Positions 1 through 15,317 of a stretch of 64,000 nucleotides of DNA are shown here, piece by piece. The DNA comes from Eledone cirrhosa (taxonomy: Eukaryota): NCBI GenBank assembly GCA_964016885.1, contig OZ024740.1, positions 218,612,001 to 218,676,000 on the forward strand, in the 5' to 3' direction. The position numbers and the translations under genes are program-made. The number at the start of each line of letters is the position of its first letter. Position 1 is the first letter of the stretch. The notes below the pieces were generated by a model that was given only the letters and a program-made list of their open reading frames with translations, was not told the origin of the DNA and did not search any database.

Positions 1-201
1 CGTCAAAGCATGGCGTCCGAACCTCTACCGATACTGCCAATCCACCAGTCCCTATTATCTCATTTCTACAGCTGAGTAAACTGGAGCAATGTGAAATAAA
101 GTGCCTTGCTCAAGGAAACAACACATCACCTGGTCTGAGAATTGAACCCACAACCGTTCGATTGCAAGGCCAATGCTCTAACCACTAAGCCATGTGCCTC
201 C

Positions 202-566
<365 letters not shown>

Positions 567-720
567 ATAATGGTGTGTCATCATATTTCACATAAGCTGC
601 CGATATCAGACATAATGATATTTGAGAAGACAACTTATATGTCGAACAATGTTCTTTTGTTCTTTCATAATTGCTTGCTTTTTGTCTCACTTTGTTAACG
701 TGTATTAAGTATCTATGAGG

Positions 721-1075
721 ACCCTTCAGTCATGTCAAGGATATGACAGCTACCCTAGTGTTATTGATCTACCCAATAAACACACCCTGTACATGCTGGG
801 AAGTGATTGGTGATAGGAATGGCATCCAGCCATAGAAAGGTTGCCAAACAAAGGGTTGGGAAACCCTTCAGTCATGTCAAGGACATGACAGCTACCCTAG
901 TGTTATTGATCTACCTAATAAACACACCCTGTACATGATGTAAAGTGATTGGTGATAGGAATGGCATCCAGCCATAGAAAGGTTGCCAAACAAAGGGTTG
1001 GGAAACCCTTCAGGCACATCAAGGACATGACAGTCTCCCTGTACACACTGTAATGTGATTGAAGATAGGAAGGGC
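721..1075 (+). repeat. 142-bp tandem repeat, ~2.5 copies
   Basis: Units start at 721, 863, 1005; include an RTE-3'UTR-like gataggaa.ggcatccagccatagaaa module; degenerate relative at 55880-56240. Confidence 0.88.
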
Positions 1076-1320
1076 AAGTATATTAAGAAACTAAATAGTG
1101 TGCTATATATAATAACGCACATGGTAGTTCCTAACTCAATATATACCTTTGATATATTCCGCTCCATTAATTTGTTGAGCTATTTCAAATGTCGAATAAA
1201 CCTGGCTGCTATTTTTAGTGGTGTAAGTTTGTGAGACACGCTAAGATACCATGTGCGTTATTATATATAGCACACTATTTAGTTACTTAATATACTTAGA
1301 AGTATCTAGGATACTAATTT

Positions 1321-1394
1321 GTCACCCACTGATGAGCAAGAATTGGTTATTCTATTCACAATTAATTAGTATTGCGAAACGTTGTCTGGGTGAT
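1321..1394 (+). ncRNA. Type I hammerhead ribozyme motif
   Basis: gtcaccca-CTGATGA-gcaa..ttgc-GAAA-cgttg-TC-tgggtgat; stem I 8 bp. Confidence 0.85.
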
Positions 1395-1446
1395 TGGTAG
1401 TTACCACAATTCCGGTTTGTATTTATTTTCTTGATTTTTTTCTTAA

Positions 1447-1903
1447 ATTGAGACAGGCAAACCCTATTGTCTATAGTTAGTATTCTTTTCACCTTAGCGA
1501 ATCTGGTTCCTTGCAATTTGAACACATATATCTATATATTGAGACAGGCAAACCCTATTGTCTATAGTTAGTATTCTTTTCACCTTAGCGAATCTGGTCC
1601 CTTGCAATTTGAACACATATATCTATATATTGAGACAGGCAAACCCTATTGTCTATAGTTAGTATTCTTTTCACCTTAGCGAATCTGGTCCCTTGCAATT
1701 TGAACACATATATCTATATATTGAGACAGGCAAACCCTATTGTCTATAGTTAGTATTCTTTTCACCTCAGCGAATCTGGTCCCTTACGATTTGAACTCAT
1801 ATATCTATATATTGAGACAGGCAAACCCTATTGTCTATAGTTAGTATTCTTTTCACCTCAGCGAATCTGGTCCCTTACGATTTGAACTCATATATCTATA
1901 TAT
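1447..1903 (+). repeat. 91-bp tandem repeat, 5 copies
   Basis: Units start at 1447, 1538, 1629, 1720, 1811. Confidence 0.95.
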
Positions 1904-2200
1904 CTGTGTTCGTTTTTCTTTTATATTCAACTATAACATTCGGCTCGGGAATATCTCTTTCTTAGAGCTATTTTATTGTAAGAGACTATTTTGAGTTCAT
2001 AACTCAATATATACCTTTGATATATTTAATATGTATAAAACACAGTTTTAGGAAGCCGTAGCTATGCAAACACCAGGGCTGACGCCCTCTGGTGGTGTCC
2101 AGCAGAAGTAAGGAGGACAACCATCTATACATTTCAGGCTTGACTGGCCTTCTTTAGGACGGTCCTGTTTTCAAGTCCAGCAGTTGCAAGTGGTGGGAGG

Positions 2201-2246
2201 GACCGTCCTGAAGAAGGCCAGTCAAGTCTGAAATGCATCGACGGTT
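2201..2246 (+). ncRNA. Minimal type I hammerhead ribozyme motif
   Basis: gaccgtc-CTGAAGA-aggc cagtcaa gtct-GAAA-tgca-TC-gacggtt; palindromic stem III ATGCAT. Confidence 0.88.
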
Positions 2247-2360
2247 GTCCCCCTTGCTTCTGCTGGACACCACCAGAAGGCGTTAACCCCGGTGTTTGCA
2301 TAGTTATGGCTTCCTAAAACTGTGTTTCTTTAGAAATACGAAATTTCTATACATATTTGT

Positions 2361-2418
<58 letters not shown>

Positions 2419-2467
2419 TCCCACCCTTGCAAGCAGGGAAAAGCGGACGTATGATGATGATGATATA

Positions 2468-2502
<35 letters not shown>

Positions 2503-2720
2503 TTAATAGTAATAATAATAAAAAATTTGAAGACTAAAATCCAAAGAGGGCTCGCTAAGGATAAATATATATCAAATATATAAGAACCGTAGAGCAAATA
2601 TTTATTAAAATAACAGATTAAAGTTTAAGCAAAGAATCGCTGCTTTCACCCTTAACGGGATCTTCTGAAACTGTGAAAGCAGCGATTCTTTGCTTAAACT
2701 TTAATCTGTTATTTTAATAA

Positions 2721-4630
<1,910 letters not shown>

Positions 4631-4974
4631 ATGTGTGAAATCCTTGGTACAGTTAGGTATATTTTAAAAAGGAAAATAATGACTTCACTTGTAGTTCTAA
4701 ACAATTTAATTTAATTTAATTTTATAATGTTTTAATTTTACAGGGTGGGCTTCGGGGAAGGTGCATGGTGATGGGGTAGGTGGGGGGGGGGGTCTATCAG
4801 GTGAGGGTGGAGTGTTATGATGTGGGTGAGGAATGTAGGGGAAAGTGGTGCATACTGAATGTATGCTTCAAATTGTGCATAGAGGAAGGCAGGTGTTCTG
4901 TATAACTGCTTAACACCAGAGATTTCAATCATATGTCATCATCTTAGACAGGTGCAATTGTGCAAAGTCAACCT

Positions 4975-5250
4975 TTATCATCTCATCCCATATCTTCCTT
5001 GGTCTTCCTACTCTATGGCTCCCTGCACCTTTTTATACAGCTGTTATCCTTCTTATGCATCACATGTCCATACCAACACAATCTCCTCTCCTGCACACTG
5101 CATGTGATCTCTGTTATGCCTAGTTTCTCTCTCAGTTTATTTATGCTTTGCTGTTCATGTATATTTTATATATATTATGTATATTACTATTACACATCCA
5201 ACAAAGCTTCATTCCTTCCCAATCTTTGCAGGTCCTCTGCACATGGAGCC
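4975..5250 (-). mobile_element. Degenerate RTE 3' coding fragment
   Basis: Diverged similarity to the RT C-terminal region (tgcatcacatgtccatacca). Confidence 0.7.
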
Positions 5251-5254
5251 CATA

Positions 5255-5297
<43 letters not shown>

Positions 5298-5298
<1 letters not shown>

Positions 5299-5646
5299 TC
5301 ATCATCATCATCATCATCATCATTTTACGTCCGCTTTTCCCTGCTTGCAAGGGTGGGCCGGGAACTGATTCTGGCTTGATTTCTACAGCTGGATGCCCTT
5401 CCTAACACCAACCTCATTTACAGTGAATGCTGGGTGCATTTTTGCCGTGGCACCTCCACGACCACTTTGCAGTGGAATGATATGGACCCCAGTCCCTATC
5501 ATCTCATTTCTACAGCTGAGTAAACTGGAGCAATGTGAAATAAAGTGTCTTGCTCAAGGAAACAACACATCACCCGGTCTGAGAATTGAACTCACAACCT
5601 TTCGATTGCAAGGTCAATGCTCTAAGCACTAAGCCATGTGCCTCCA
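5298..5646 (-). mobile_element. SINE family B
   Basis: Reverse complement of 48083-48440; another partial copy at 47-201. Confidence 0.88.
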
Positions 5647-5896
5647 TATATATATATAAAAGCACATAAACACACACACATATTTATCATATATATGTAT
5701 ATATATCAAAGGTATATATTGAGTTAGAAACTCAAAATAGTCTCTTACAACAAAATAGCTCTAAAGTGAATCTGGCCCCTTACGATTTGAACACATATAT
5801 GTATATATCTGTGTTCATTTTTCTTTTATATTCTATTATAATATGTATATATATATGTATATATGTATATATGTATATATGTATATATATATATAT

Positions 5897-6513
5897 CATC
5901 ATCATCATCATCATTGTTTAACGTCCATATTCCACGCTTGCTTGGGTTTGGACGGGAGTTTTCCCACTTGAGGCAAGAGTGGTTGTCTTGCTCGCATAGG
6001 ACTGTCTGGCGGGTTTTCTATGGCTGGATGCCCTTCCTAACACCAACCACATTTACAGTGTGGGTCTGGGAGGTTTTTACCGTGTTACCTACATGGCCAC
6101 ATTACAGCATGGACTGTGTGTTTTTTGTCGTGACACCTACACAACCTCACTTGTTTCGGGCTGGATGTTGTGGTACCAACATAACTTTACATTGAAAGGG
6201 GTGGTGTGGATGGGGTGGGGGTAGTGGGACGGGGGTGTATTTTGTTAGAGGTGCCTACTGACTGTAGTAGGTTTTACTTTGTACTTAGGTAAGGCGGGTC
6301 TTCTCTATTACTGTGAAGCACCAAAGGTCTCGGTCCAGTGACATTGTCTTGGAGAGGTGTAAGTGTGTGAGGTCGGAATTTATCAGGTCATCCCAGGTTT
6401 TTCTGGGTCTTCCTACTCCGTGGCTACCGTCTGTTTTTATTGCCCTGCACTTTTTATACAGCTGTCGTCTTTCATGCGCATCACGTGACCATACCAACGT
6501 AGTCTTCTCTCGA
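5897..6513 (-). mobile_element. RTE 3' fragment
   Basis: GRPRKTWDDLINSDL C-terminus, 3' UTR and CAT tail; TA flanks. Confidence 0.9.
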
Positions 6514-6873
6514 GTATATATATATATAGTTATATATGTGTGTGTGTGTGTACATATTTTATATATATATATATACACACACACACCTACGTATCATCAA
6601 CAACATCATTACCATGTGACATCCTTTTTCCAATGCTGGCATTGAATCACCACTTGTTGTCACATTCTGAAATATTTGGCAGGTCAGATGACCATGTCTT
6701 GCTCATACATTTATTGTAAGATAATCTTTTCTTGAGATTTATCTCACTTACCTATAAATGTGTTGCTAGAATAAGTTGATAGCTTAACTTTTATACCACT
6801 AAACAATATGGTGTGTTGTTACCATGACTACCACTTTAAAGGATTATTTTTATGTTTCTAGTGGTGGCAAATA

Positions 6874-6904
<31 letters not shown>

Positions 6905-7483
6905 AATAAAACGAAAGAAAATAAAAAGAATTTTCTAGATGCTTGTAACCTTCAAGCTTTCCTGTCTTCTCTTTTATAAATAAGCTACCTGAAGTACACT
7001 ATCGAAGCAATGTTTTGTTTTCTCCTCTTAAGTCCTCACAAAAGGCTTCCTGCATAATCTCAAGCAACAATGACTCCATTATGTCCTCTCTGAAGCATCT
7101 TGAAACTGAATTATGCTCAAGGGCTAAACTGCATTTGTAATTTTCTAAAATGGAATGGATATTATGATAGTTTATTGTAACATATCGTTTTGCATGTTGG
7201 TGTGTGAATCTGCATATGTCTGTGTGCATGTTTTTGTGTCTGTGTTTGTGTATATATGTGTGTGTGTGTGTGTGTGTGTTTAAGTATGTGTGTGTGTATT
7301 TTGGTGTTTGAGACACAGTGATTGGCAAGCTAGCTACATGTTTGGCAGAGACAGGGTTATGTAAATAAGAGTATAGTATAGTATGTATGTCAAGAGAGAG
7401 AGGTAGAGGAAGGAGTAATACATACATATATATATATATATATATATGTACATATATATATACATATATGCCTATATATAGAT

Positions 7484-7517
<34 letters not shown>

Positions 7518-7561
7518 GTACATATATATATACTTATATGCCTATATATACATATATAGAT

Positions 7562-7618
<57 letters not shown>

Positions 7619-8069
7619 TATATATATATATATATATATATGCCTATATATATACATATATAGATATACATACATATATATATTTATTACATAGCTATAC
7701 TCTTCTTTACATAACCCTGTCTCTGCCAAACTAGCTAGCTAGCTTGCCAATCACTGTCTCTCATCATTAAAGGATTCTTTAATATCAACATCAAAATTCA
7801 CATTTTCTTTATTCTCTCTCTACATATCAGAATGGAGGTGGTAAAACTCAGTTAGACCATTACTCACCAGAGTACTCGATACTTGGGATAGTAGAGTGGG
7901 TAATATGAAAAATTTAGGACCCCGACGGCTGAGCTCCGAATATAGCTGTTGGAACAGCCGGAGCTCAGCCGTTGGGGTCCAGAATTTTTCATATTACCCA
8001 CTTTACTATCCCAAGTATCGAGTATTCTGGTGAGTAATGGTCTAACTGAGTTTTACCACCTCCATTCTG

Positions 8070-8100
<31 letters not shown>

Positions 8101-8296
8101 ATAAGGAAAATGTGAATTTTTGGTGTTGATATTAAAGAATCCTTTATTAACGAACCTGTGATACATATTTCAATGACAATCATAGATACGCGTATATATA
8201 TATACATGACGTTGAGTGCTTGAATCAAATTGCATCATTATTTACTGATTGGTGTGTTGCATACACAACCCTGTTTAGTCAACATGTTTACCATAA

Positions 8297-8354
<58 letters not shown>

Positions 8355-8439
8355 GAAAATGAATGAACAAACACAGGAGGCAATTGTACAGTTATATTAG
8401 GTTTATGTTTGGTGGAAGTAGAGGAATATATACATATAT

Positions 8440-8870
8440 CATCACCATCATCATTATCATCATCACCATCATCATTATCATCATCACCATCATCATCACC
8501 ATCATCATTATCATCATCACTTTTACGTCTGCTTTTCCATGCTTGCATGGGTTGGATGGGGCATGCTCAGCATCCCTCGATTCGCTGCGATCCTTCGTCA
8601 TCTCTTCTGTGAGTCCCAGCGATTTGAGGTCAGCTCTCACCACCTCTGCTCAGGTCTTTCTTGGTCTACCATTACTGCAACTTCCTTCCATTGGGATTTC
8701 CTGGTACTTCTTAACCCAATGATCATCACCAATGCACATCACATGTCCTAACTAAACAGTCTTCTCTCCTGCACACCACATAGGATTCCTACTAAACCCA
8801 GCTTTTCCCTCAGCTTGTCCAAGCTCTGCTTTTCTTTCACACTTACTTTCCACATCCAACAAAGCATCAT
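8440..8870 (-). mobile_element. Older RTE subfamily 3' fragment
   Basis: VRADLKSLGLTEEMTKDR peptide with an expanded (GAT)n tail. Confidence 0.75.
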
Positions 8871-9394
8871 CATCATTTAACGTACATCTTCTTCAATAAC
8901 AAGGGTTGGACAGGTGATCATGGATCGAGCCAGTGGTCAAGTTGAACTACTGACCTCTCAGATGGGATGGGATCCTGTATCTTACATACATCATTGCACT
9001 CTACTGAGTACATTTTATCATAGCACCAGCACCAAGGAGATTATCATGTCTTTATCTCAGCTTAACAGCACTCCTAACCACTTGTTGGCAGGATTTCTGT
9101 GGCTGGATTCCCTTTTTATAACCAACCACTTAACAGAATGTACTAGATGAATGGATGGATGGATATATATATAAGCGCCACCAGTCTAATGACTGAATTC
9201 AATAAGAGAATAAAAGAATACTGTACAAGGTGTAAAGTGTTCTAAACAAAGACATTTGACATTTGACCAAAGATTGTGAATGGACAGTAGGTTTGCTATG
9301 TCATTGACTGCTTTTGTTCACATATTCATGAGACAAGATCAAACTCGTTACTTTCATGTTATTGTTCAAAGTATGAAGAAAAAGAAAATAATAA

Positions 9395-9815
9395 TAATAA
9401 TAATAATAATAATGATTTCATTTATTAGCCACTAGGGGACAATACAAAGACAGGGACAGTGGGGTTTACAATAAGGTCGAGTAAAAGTGCACAATGGCAA
9501 GACTAATTTAACAACGGAGATATAAAAATATAAAATAAACTATGCATAAATATAACAAAATAAATTCCCCTATAGGGGGTGGACGACCCAGGGGTGGACG
9601 ACCCAGGGGTGACTCGGGTACCCCACCAATCCTGAACCACCCTGCGCTTCTAGGGCACCCAGGGAGAGCACCCTTCTCCTCAAGTTTGCTAGCCTATAGG
9701 TGCATGGTCAGAGTAGGCCCATTCACACAAGCCATTCTTGCCCCATTCACCTTTTAGCAAATGTACTGGGGGGCAGCACTTCTCTCTCTACCCTCACCTT
9801 CCTTTCCAGGTGAAA
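9395..9815 (-). mobile_element. Probable L1/Tx1-like LINE 3' end
   Basis: Minus-strand peptide RKVRVEREVL..ARMACVNGPTLTMHL*, then a UTR and an (ATT)n tail; clade assignment from recall only. Confidence 0.55.
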
Positions 9816-10139
9816 TAATTACCCTCTCTGCATGAGGTGCAAAAAATTGTTTTGACTGGTACTGCACATGTATTGAGAAGAGCACTATCTCTGTAAGATT
9901 GATATCCCTCCTTGTATTTACATATGCATATGCACATGTGTATATATGTATAGTTTTTTTTTGTTTTTTTTTAAATTATAATCAATGTCCTCCATTAACT
10001 GGCTTACCAATGCACACTGTGAATTTATTTACCCTAGGTGTCAGGAAGACACTCGGCATATATCTCAGAAACAATAATGAAAAAAAATAAAAATAATAAT
10101 AATAATAATGATTTCATTTATTAGCCACAAATAATAATA

Positions 10140-10545
10140 ATAATAATAATTGTTTCTACTTTTGGCACAAGGCCAGAAATTATCCCAATGTATTACTGGT
10201 ACTTTATTTTATCGACCCTGTAAGGATGAAAGGCAAAGTTGACCTCGGCAGGATTTGAACTCAGAATGGCAAGGGCCATAACTCTATGCATCAAAGCATG
10301 ACGTCCGACCCTCTACCGATGCTGCCAATCCACCGCCTTCAGATTCATAATAATAATAATTGTTTCTACTTTAGGCACAAGGCCAGCAATTACCCAGTTC
10401 ATTACTGGTACTTTATTTTATCGACCCCGTAAGGATGAAAGGCAAAGTTAACCTCGGCAGGATTTGAACTCAGATCATAAAGGGAGGTAACTCTATGCTT
10501 CAAAGCATGGCGCCCGACCCTCTACCGATACTGTCAATCCACCGA
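10140..10545 (-). mobile_element. Two tandem SINE family A copies in (AAT)n
   Basis: Reverse complement of 37120-37312. Confidence 0.88.
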
Positions 10546-10734
10546 TTCATAATAATAATAATAATAATGTTGAATAATGTTGAATAAGTGTGGTCAAGAT
10601 GAAGAACAAATTTTAAAGGTTAATCAAATGGGATAGAATATTAAACACAATAAAGACATTTTTTTCTCTAACTTAAACAAATATTCAATATTTACTTTGT
10701 GTTTCTTCTCATTATCTCTTTCTCATTCACTCAT

Positions 10735-10791
<57 letters not shown>

Positions 10792-11070
10792 ATCTATCTC
10801 TCTATCTTTCTATCTATTTATCTATCTCTCTCTATATATATATTTTTTTATTAAGAAATGCACTAAGCAACCAAAGTGTAGTATAAAGTTATATCTATAT
10901 ACACAGAGTGGGTAACAGAGACTGTGACAGTGTGTATATAAATATACACATTTTTTAATATGTAGACATGTAAGCATGCCAGAAAATATGAATTTTCCAG
11001 TAAGTTAAAAAATGATAAACACCTTTAATTGATTTTTGGACTTGTCAGAAGGTGTGTATATCATCTAAAC

Positions 11071-11330
11071 CAGGCATGTCAACCATGAGGCCTGCGGGCC
11101 GCATGTGACCCTTTACAAGTACACCTGTGGCCCGCACAAAGATTTTTACAGTGCGAGCATGTTTTATCTTCGTAATATAAAATAAAAAAGTTAGTTGTAA
11201 TGTGCGCAATTAGTTGTATGTGTGTGTGTGTATACAGATACGGAAGGAACGCATAGAGAGAGAAAACTACATTATCCACTGTCTCATCCTCTCTCTCTTT
11301 AAGGCAGTACAATCGGCTTTGAGGAAGATT
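11071..11330. mobile_element. Probable single hAT-type terminus
   Basis: CAGGCATGTCAAC followed by GCGGGCCGC/GGCCCGC subterminal motifs; preceded by ATCTAAAC; partner end not found. Confidence 0.5.
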
Positions 11331-12638
11331 TTGTTGCTATTACTATTTGTAACAGATTGTGTGACCACATAGATACTCTCATGCACAGTATTTTGCTAAT
11401 AACCTAAAATGAACAGCTAAACATATTTTCTGCCATTGGTAAGCTGGTATTTTGATGACTCAGCAAATTACTGATCTGTTTAGAGCCTTCATAATTACTC
11501 TCTAAAAATTATTATATTTCCAAATTTCAACCATTTTAGCTTGTGTGTAATAAGTAAGAAAACAAAATTTAAGAAAACAAATATACAAAAATTCAATAGT
11601 ATTTTCCACTTTTTCACAATTCAAAGAATTGCGAAAAAGAAAAGATTAGAAGTATTTTTTGTTTAAAGTATGGCAGATGGAATAGCTGATTATGGCAATT
11701 TTCATATTCTTCTTCTTCTAAATAATAACTATTCTTTTATTTCTCTTCCTTCTCCTCCTCTTCCTTCTCCTTCTCTTCCTTCCACCTCCTTATTATTATT
11801 CCTCTAAATATATTTAAAAAAAAAAAACAAATGTTTTTTTTTTATTTTTCAGATAATATATTTCTATTGTAATAAATCATTTTTTTTTGTCACTGATTTT
11901 TTTCTTATAACCAAATATAAAAACCTGTTTACATTATAATGTATGTATATTAAATAATAATGATAATAATTTAATGTTTCTTCATATTCTAATTTTTATG
12001 GAATTTATTTTTTCTTCCATGAATTTTATATGAAATTTTATTATTGTTTTCTATGAATTCATGAATTTTTATGAATTTATAAATTTTTATAGATTTATTT
12101 TTATGAATTTATTTATATTAACTTATTTTTTTCTATTTTATTCTAGGTAAGAAAGAAACTTCACAATTTCAAACAAATGATTCCAAGACCTTTGTAAGTG
12201 TTCACAAAACATTGCATTCTGTTTCTTATCATCTGTTTTAATGTGAATACATCTCATCTGTTAGTTATTCACTCTATTAGTAGTTGTTTAACATCGAGCC
12301 CACCCCTTCTACCACCCTCCTTGCCATCTCTGCATTTTCTTCAAAAAGAAACCTATAAATTTCAGAATAAAATCTTATGCTCTGCGTATAATCATTATTT
12401 AATTCAAAATATTTTCTTCTTTGATTACATGGATATGGATAAAAAACATTCGTAGTTGACTTACAAATCATTAGGAAATTTGAAATAGTTGCCACAATGC
12501 TGTTAACTATTATAATAACTGATACTTTATCTGATTTATTCTACTATTATCTATAGTTATCAGCTATTATTATAATTAAAGACTAAGATCTGGTATTGGA
12601 CATGCAAAAATCACTCTTGCATAATGGGGATATTTAAA

Positions 12639-12838
12639 GGATGGGGACTTTGTGTGTGACTGCAGCATCAAACCACAGACTATGCAGCACCTCCTGATAT
12701 GCTGCCTGCTGGAACACCCCTGCACAGCATTGGACTTGGCAGAGTATAATGAGAAAGGACAGCAATGTGTTCAGCTGTGGTGGAACCACATCTAGCCAAG
12801 CTTTGTAACTGACACTCGGACACGACAAGAAGAAGAAT
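12639..12838 (+). mobile_element. Non-LTR retrotransposon 3' end (I/Ingi-group-like zinc knuckle)
   Basis: Peptide CDCSIKPQTMQHLLIC..CTALDL..WWNHI* followed by an (AAG)n tail. Confidence 0.65.
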
Positions 12839-12914
12839 TATAATTAATTGCATTTTGACAACTATATTTTTAAATATCTTTGTTAAATTTTTCAGTATGT
12901 TTTCTGTTTCCTAC

Positions 12915-13430
12915 AGCCTAGTAGTTAAGATGTTGGTTTCACAATTCTAAGTTCATGAGTTCTATCCCCAGACTGGGTGATGTGGTGTGTCCTTGAGCAA
13001 GGCATTTCATTCCACATTATTCCAGTCCACATAGGTGAACAAAAAGAAATTACCAGCAGCAACAGCTAGGGTTTAACCCTGTGACAAAGTGGTTCCCTAT
13101 CCAAGGGGGTTTTATTTACTCTCAATCACTTACATTCATAAAACTAGGATAAACTCCAGCCTGATGAACCTCTGAGCTTGAGAAAGACTTTAATTTTTGT
13201 AAAGATGTGTGACCTTGTGGTTAAGAGTGTTGGGCTTAACTGTAAATTTGTGGGCTAGATCCCTGGAGTAGGTCGGGCATTGTGTACTTTATTTTACATT
13301 GCTCCTCTCCAGTCAGATAAAAAAAGATGAGTACCAGCTACAACTGGGGGTTAACAAGCATTCCAGTAAGAGTGAGTCTTATACTCTCAGTCTCTTAACA
13401 TTACATAAAACTGGAATAAACTCCTTCAAG
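12915..13430 (+). mobile_element. Old tRNA-derived SINEs (family D)
   Basis: tgtgtccttgagcaag..taaccctg..ggataaactcc..cctgatga; relatives at ~56590-56850 and ~57345-57560. Confidence 0.65.
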
Positions 13431-14533
13431 GAGTGGCTAAAAAAAAATATTCAGGGTTTATATGTTGCTTAGCAATTTTCATGAAGACTGATCTGAGTAA
13501 TGAAGCCAAAAGATAACCTGCTTTCATATTTGTTTCTATGGTTCTTGTCAATGTGTTTCAATTTATGTTGAAAATAATGAAGGATTTGGAGGACTTTTAT
13601 AATATAGCTTATCTTTTTTATTTTTAAACCATCGAGTGCAGTGAATTGGCAGAATCATTAGAGCATCAGACAAAATGCTTTGTAGCAGTTTGTTATGTCC
13701 CTTTACATTCTGAGTTCAAATCCTGCCGAGGTCAGCTTTGCCTTTCAACTTTCCAGGATCAATATAAAAGAGTACCAGTAAAATACAGGAGTTGATTTAA
13801 TCAACTTTCCCTTCCTCCAAAAAAACAATTATTAAGCTGATGTATGAAATATAACTTAAACGGTTCATACTTAAAACTATTGAATGTTTTGATTTAAATG
13901 TAAACACTTTAAAACAGGCAGTTTTATATCATAAAACCAGAGCCCTTTTGTGACAGGCTGGTATCAAAACGGTTACAGGTTAAGCCATCAGTTCCTGATA
14001 GAGTTGATGGGGTATTGTTATGAGCAGTTCAAGCTCATTCCTCTTCAGGTCCATCTACAGCTGATTTCTTCCACATGGAAGAAAGAGACAAATTTGTCCT
14101 AGTAGTGGATTGATATTTTATTTATCAACCCCAAAAAGATGAAAGCAAAAATTGAAGTTGGTGGGATTTGAGCGCTGAGAACCAAAACAAATACCACAAT
14201 ACATTAATCTACTTCTGTACTCGAATTATATAAATCCAGGCAAGGTCTGGTGGTAGTTTTATATTACAACTTTCTTATATATTAATATATCTATTTTATA
14301 AAGCTTGTAATTATACAATTACAAAAGCCACCAGGGTTGTAAGATCATTGGATTATATGCCTCATATGTTTCAGTTCTCTGCTCTCTCAGTTCAACATTG
14401 CATTTGATCTTTTTGGGGTTGATAAAATAAAGTACAAGCATAAAGTAGTGGATTGATGGGATTTTTAAAGAGTCAGATACATTGCAATATCTCTTTTGGT
14501 CCTTTGTATTGGAAGTTAGTCTGTAATGTTATG

Positions 14534-14757
14534 TTAACTCTTTAGCATTTACATTACTCTATATTTACTATTGTATTTTTGTGATAAAGGCTTTATCTCA
14601 CGTAATTATCTCACATAATATTGAATCTATGAGATTTTGATATTCATTTTGAGAACAATATCTTAACACCAGTATGAGCAGCCAATTACAGCCAGTTTGA
14701 ACAGAAAGAGGTGAGAATTCTGGCCGGATATGGCCAGTTTAAATGCTAAAGGGTTAA
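14534..14757. mobile_element. TTAA-flanked MITE (piggyBac-like), ~220 bp
   Basis: TTAA-CTCTTTAGCATTT ... AAATGCTAAAGGG-TTAA; family copies at 29197, 57632, 62117. Confidence 0.8.
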
Positions 14758-15317
14758 ACTGTATCAGCTCTTTCTTTTCCCTTGTACAAGGAAGCTACAG
14801 TAGAGGAAGATCAAGGAAGATCATCGAAGACCTGGGAAGAGTTGGTGAGAGCTGATCTCAGATCACTGAAACTCACAGAGGAGATGACAAAGTAGAAAGA
14901 TGCAGTGCTGAAAGGTGGATGTAAATGTGATGATGATGATGTTGACGATGCTGATAATGAACATTGGGGTCATTGAGAAGGGAGAATTGCATGAATGAGT
15001 GACTGCTGGTCTTCCACAAAAAGACCTTGTACAGACCTGAACCTGGCTTGAAGAGGAATCTTTTAGGTGTAGATCCATGGTGTTTCAAGACATACAAATT
15101 CCTAGGAATTATACACCGTCATCATTCCTACATCCGTTTTTCCATGCTAGCATAGGTTTGATAAGACTTTTGCTTACACAGGACGTAAACAAACATCAGC
15201 TTTAGCGATGTTAACTATGAAGCAAAGACACAAAAAGAAACACAAACACACCTACTTACACAATGGGATAACAACTGAAACTATATGGTTCTGAAGCAAA
15301 CTTCCTAACCACACAGT

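Noticed and set aside
1447-1903. Regular arrays (91-bp, 48-bp at 40187, 21-bp at 21085) as CRISPR
   Set aside because: Head-to-tail repeats with no unique spacers, no cas genes, eukaryotic context
13160-13190. CTGATGA here and at 57531 as hammerhead cores
   Set aside because: Part of the SINE D 3' region; no correctly placed GAAA, stem III or stem I
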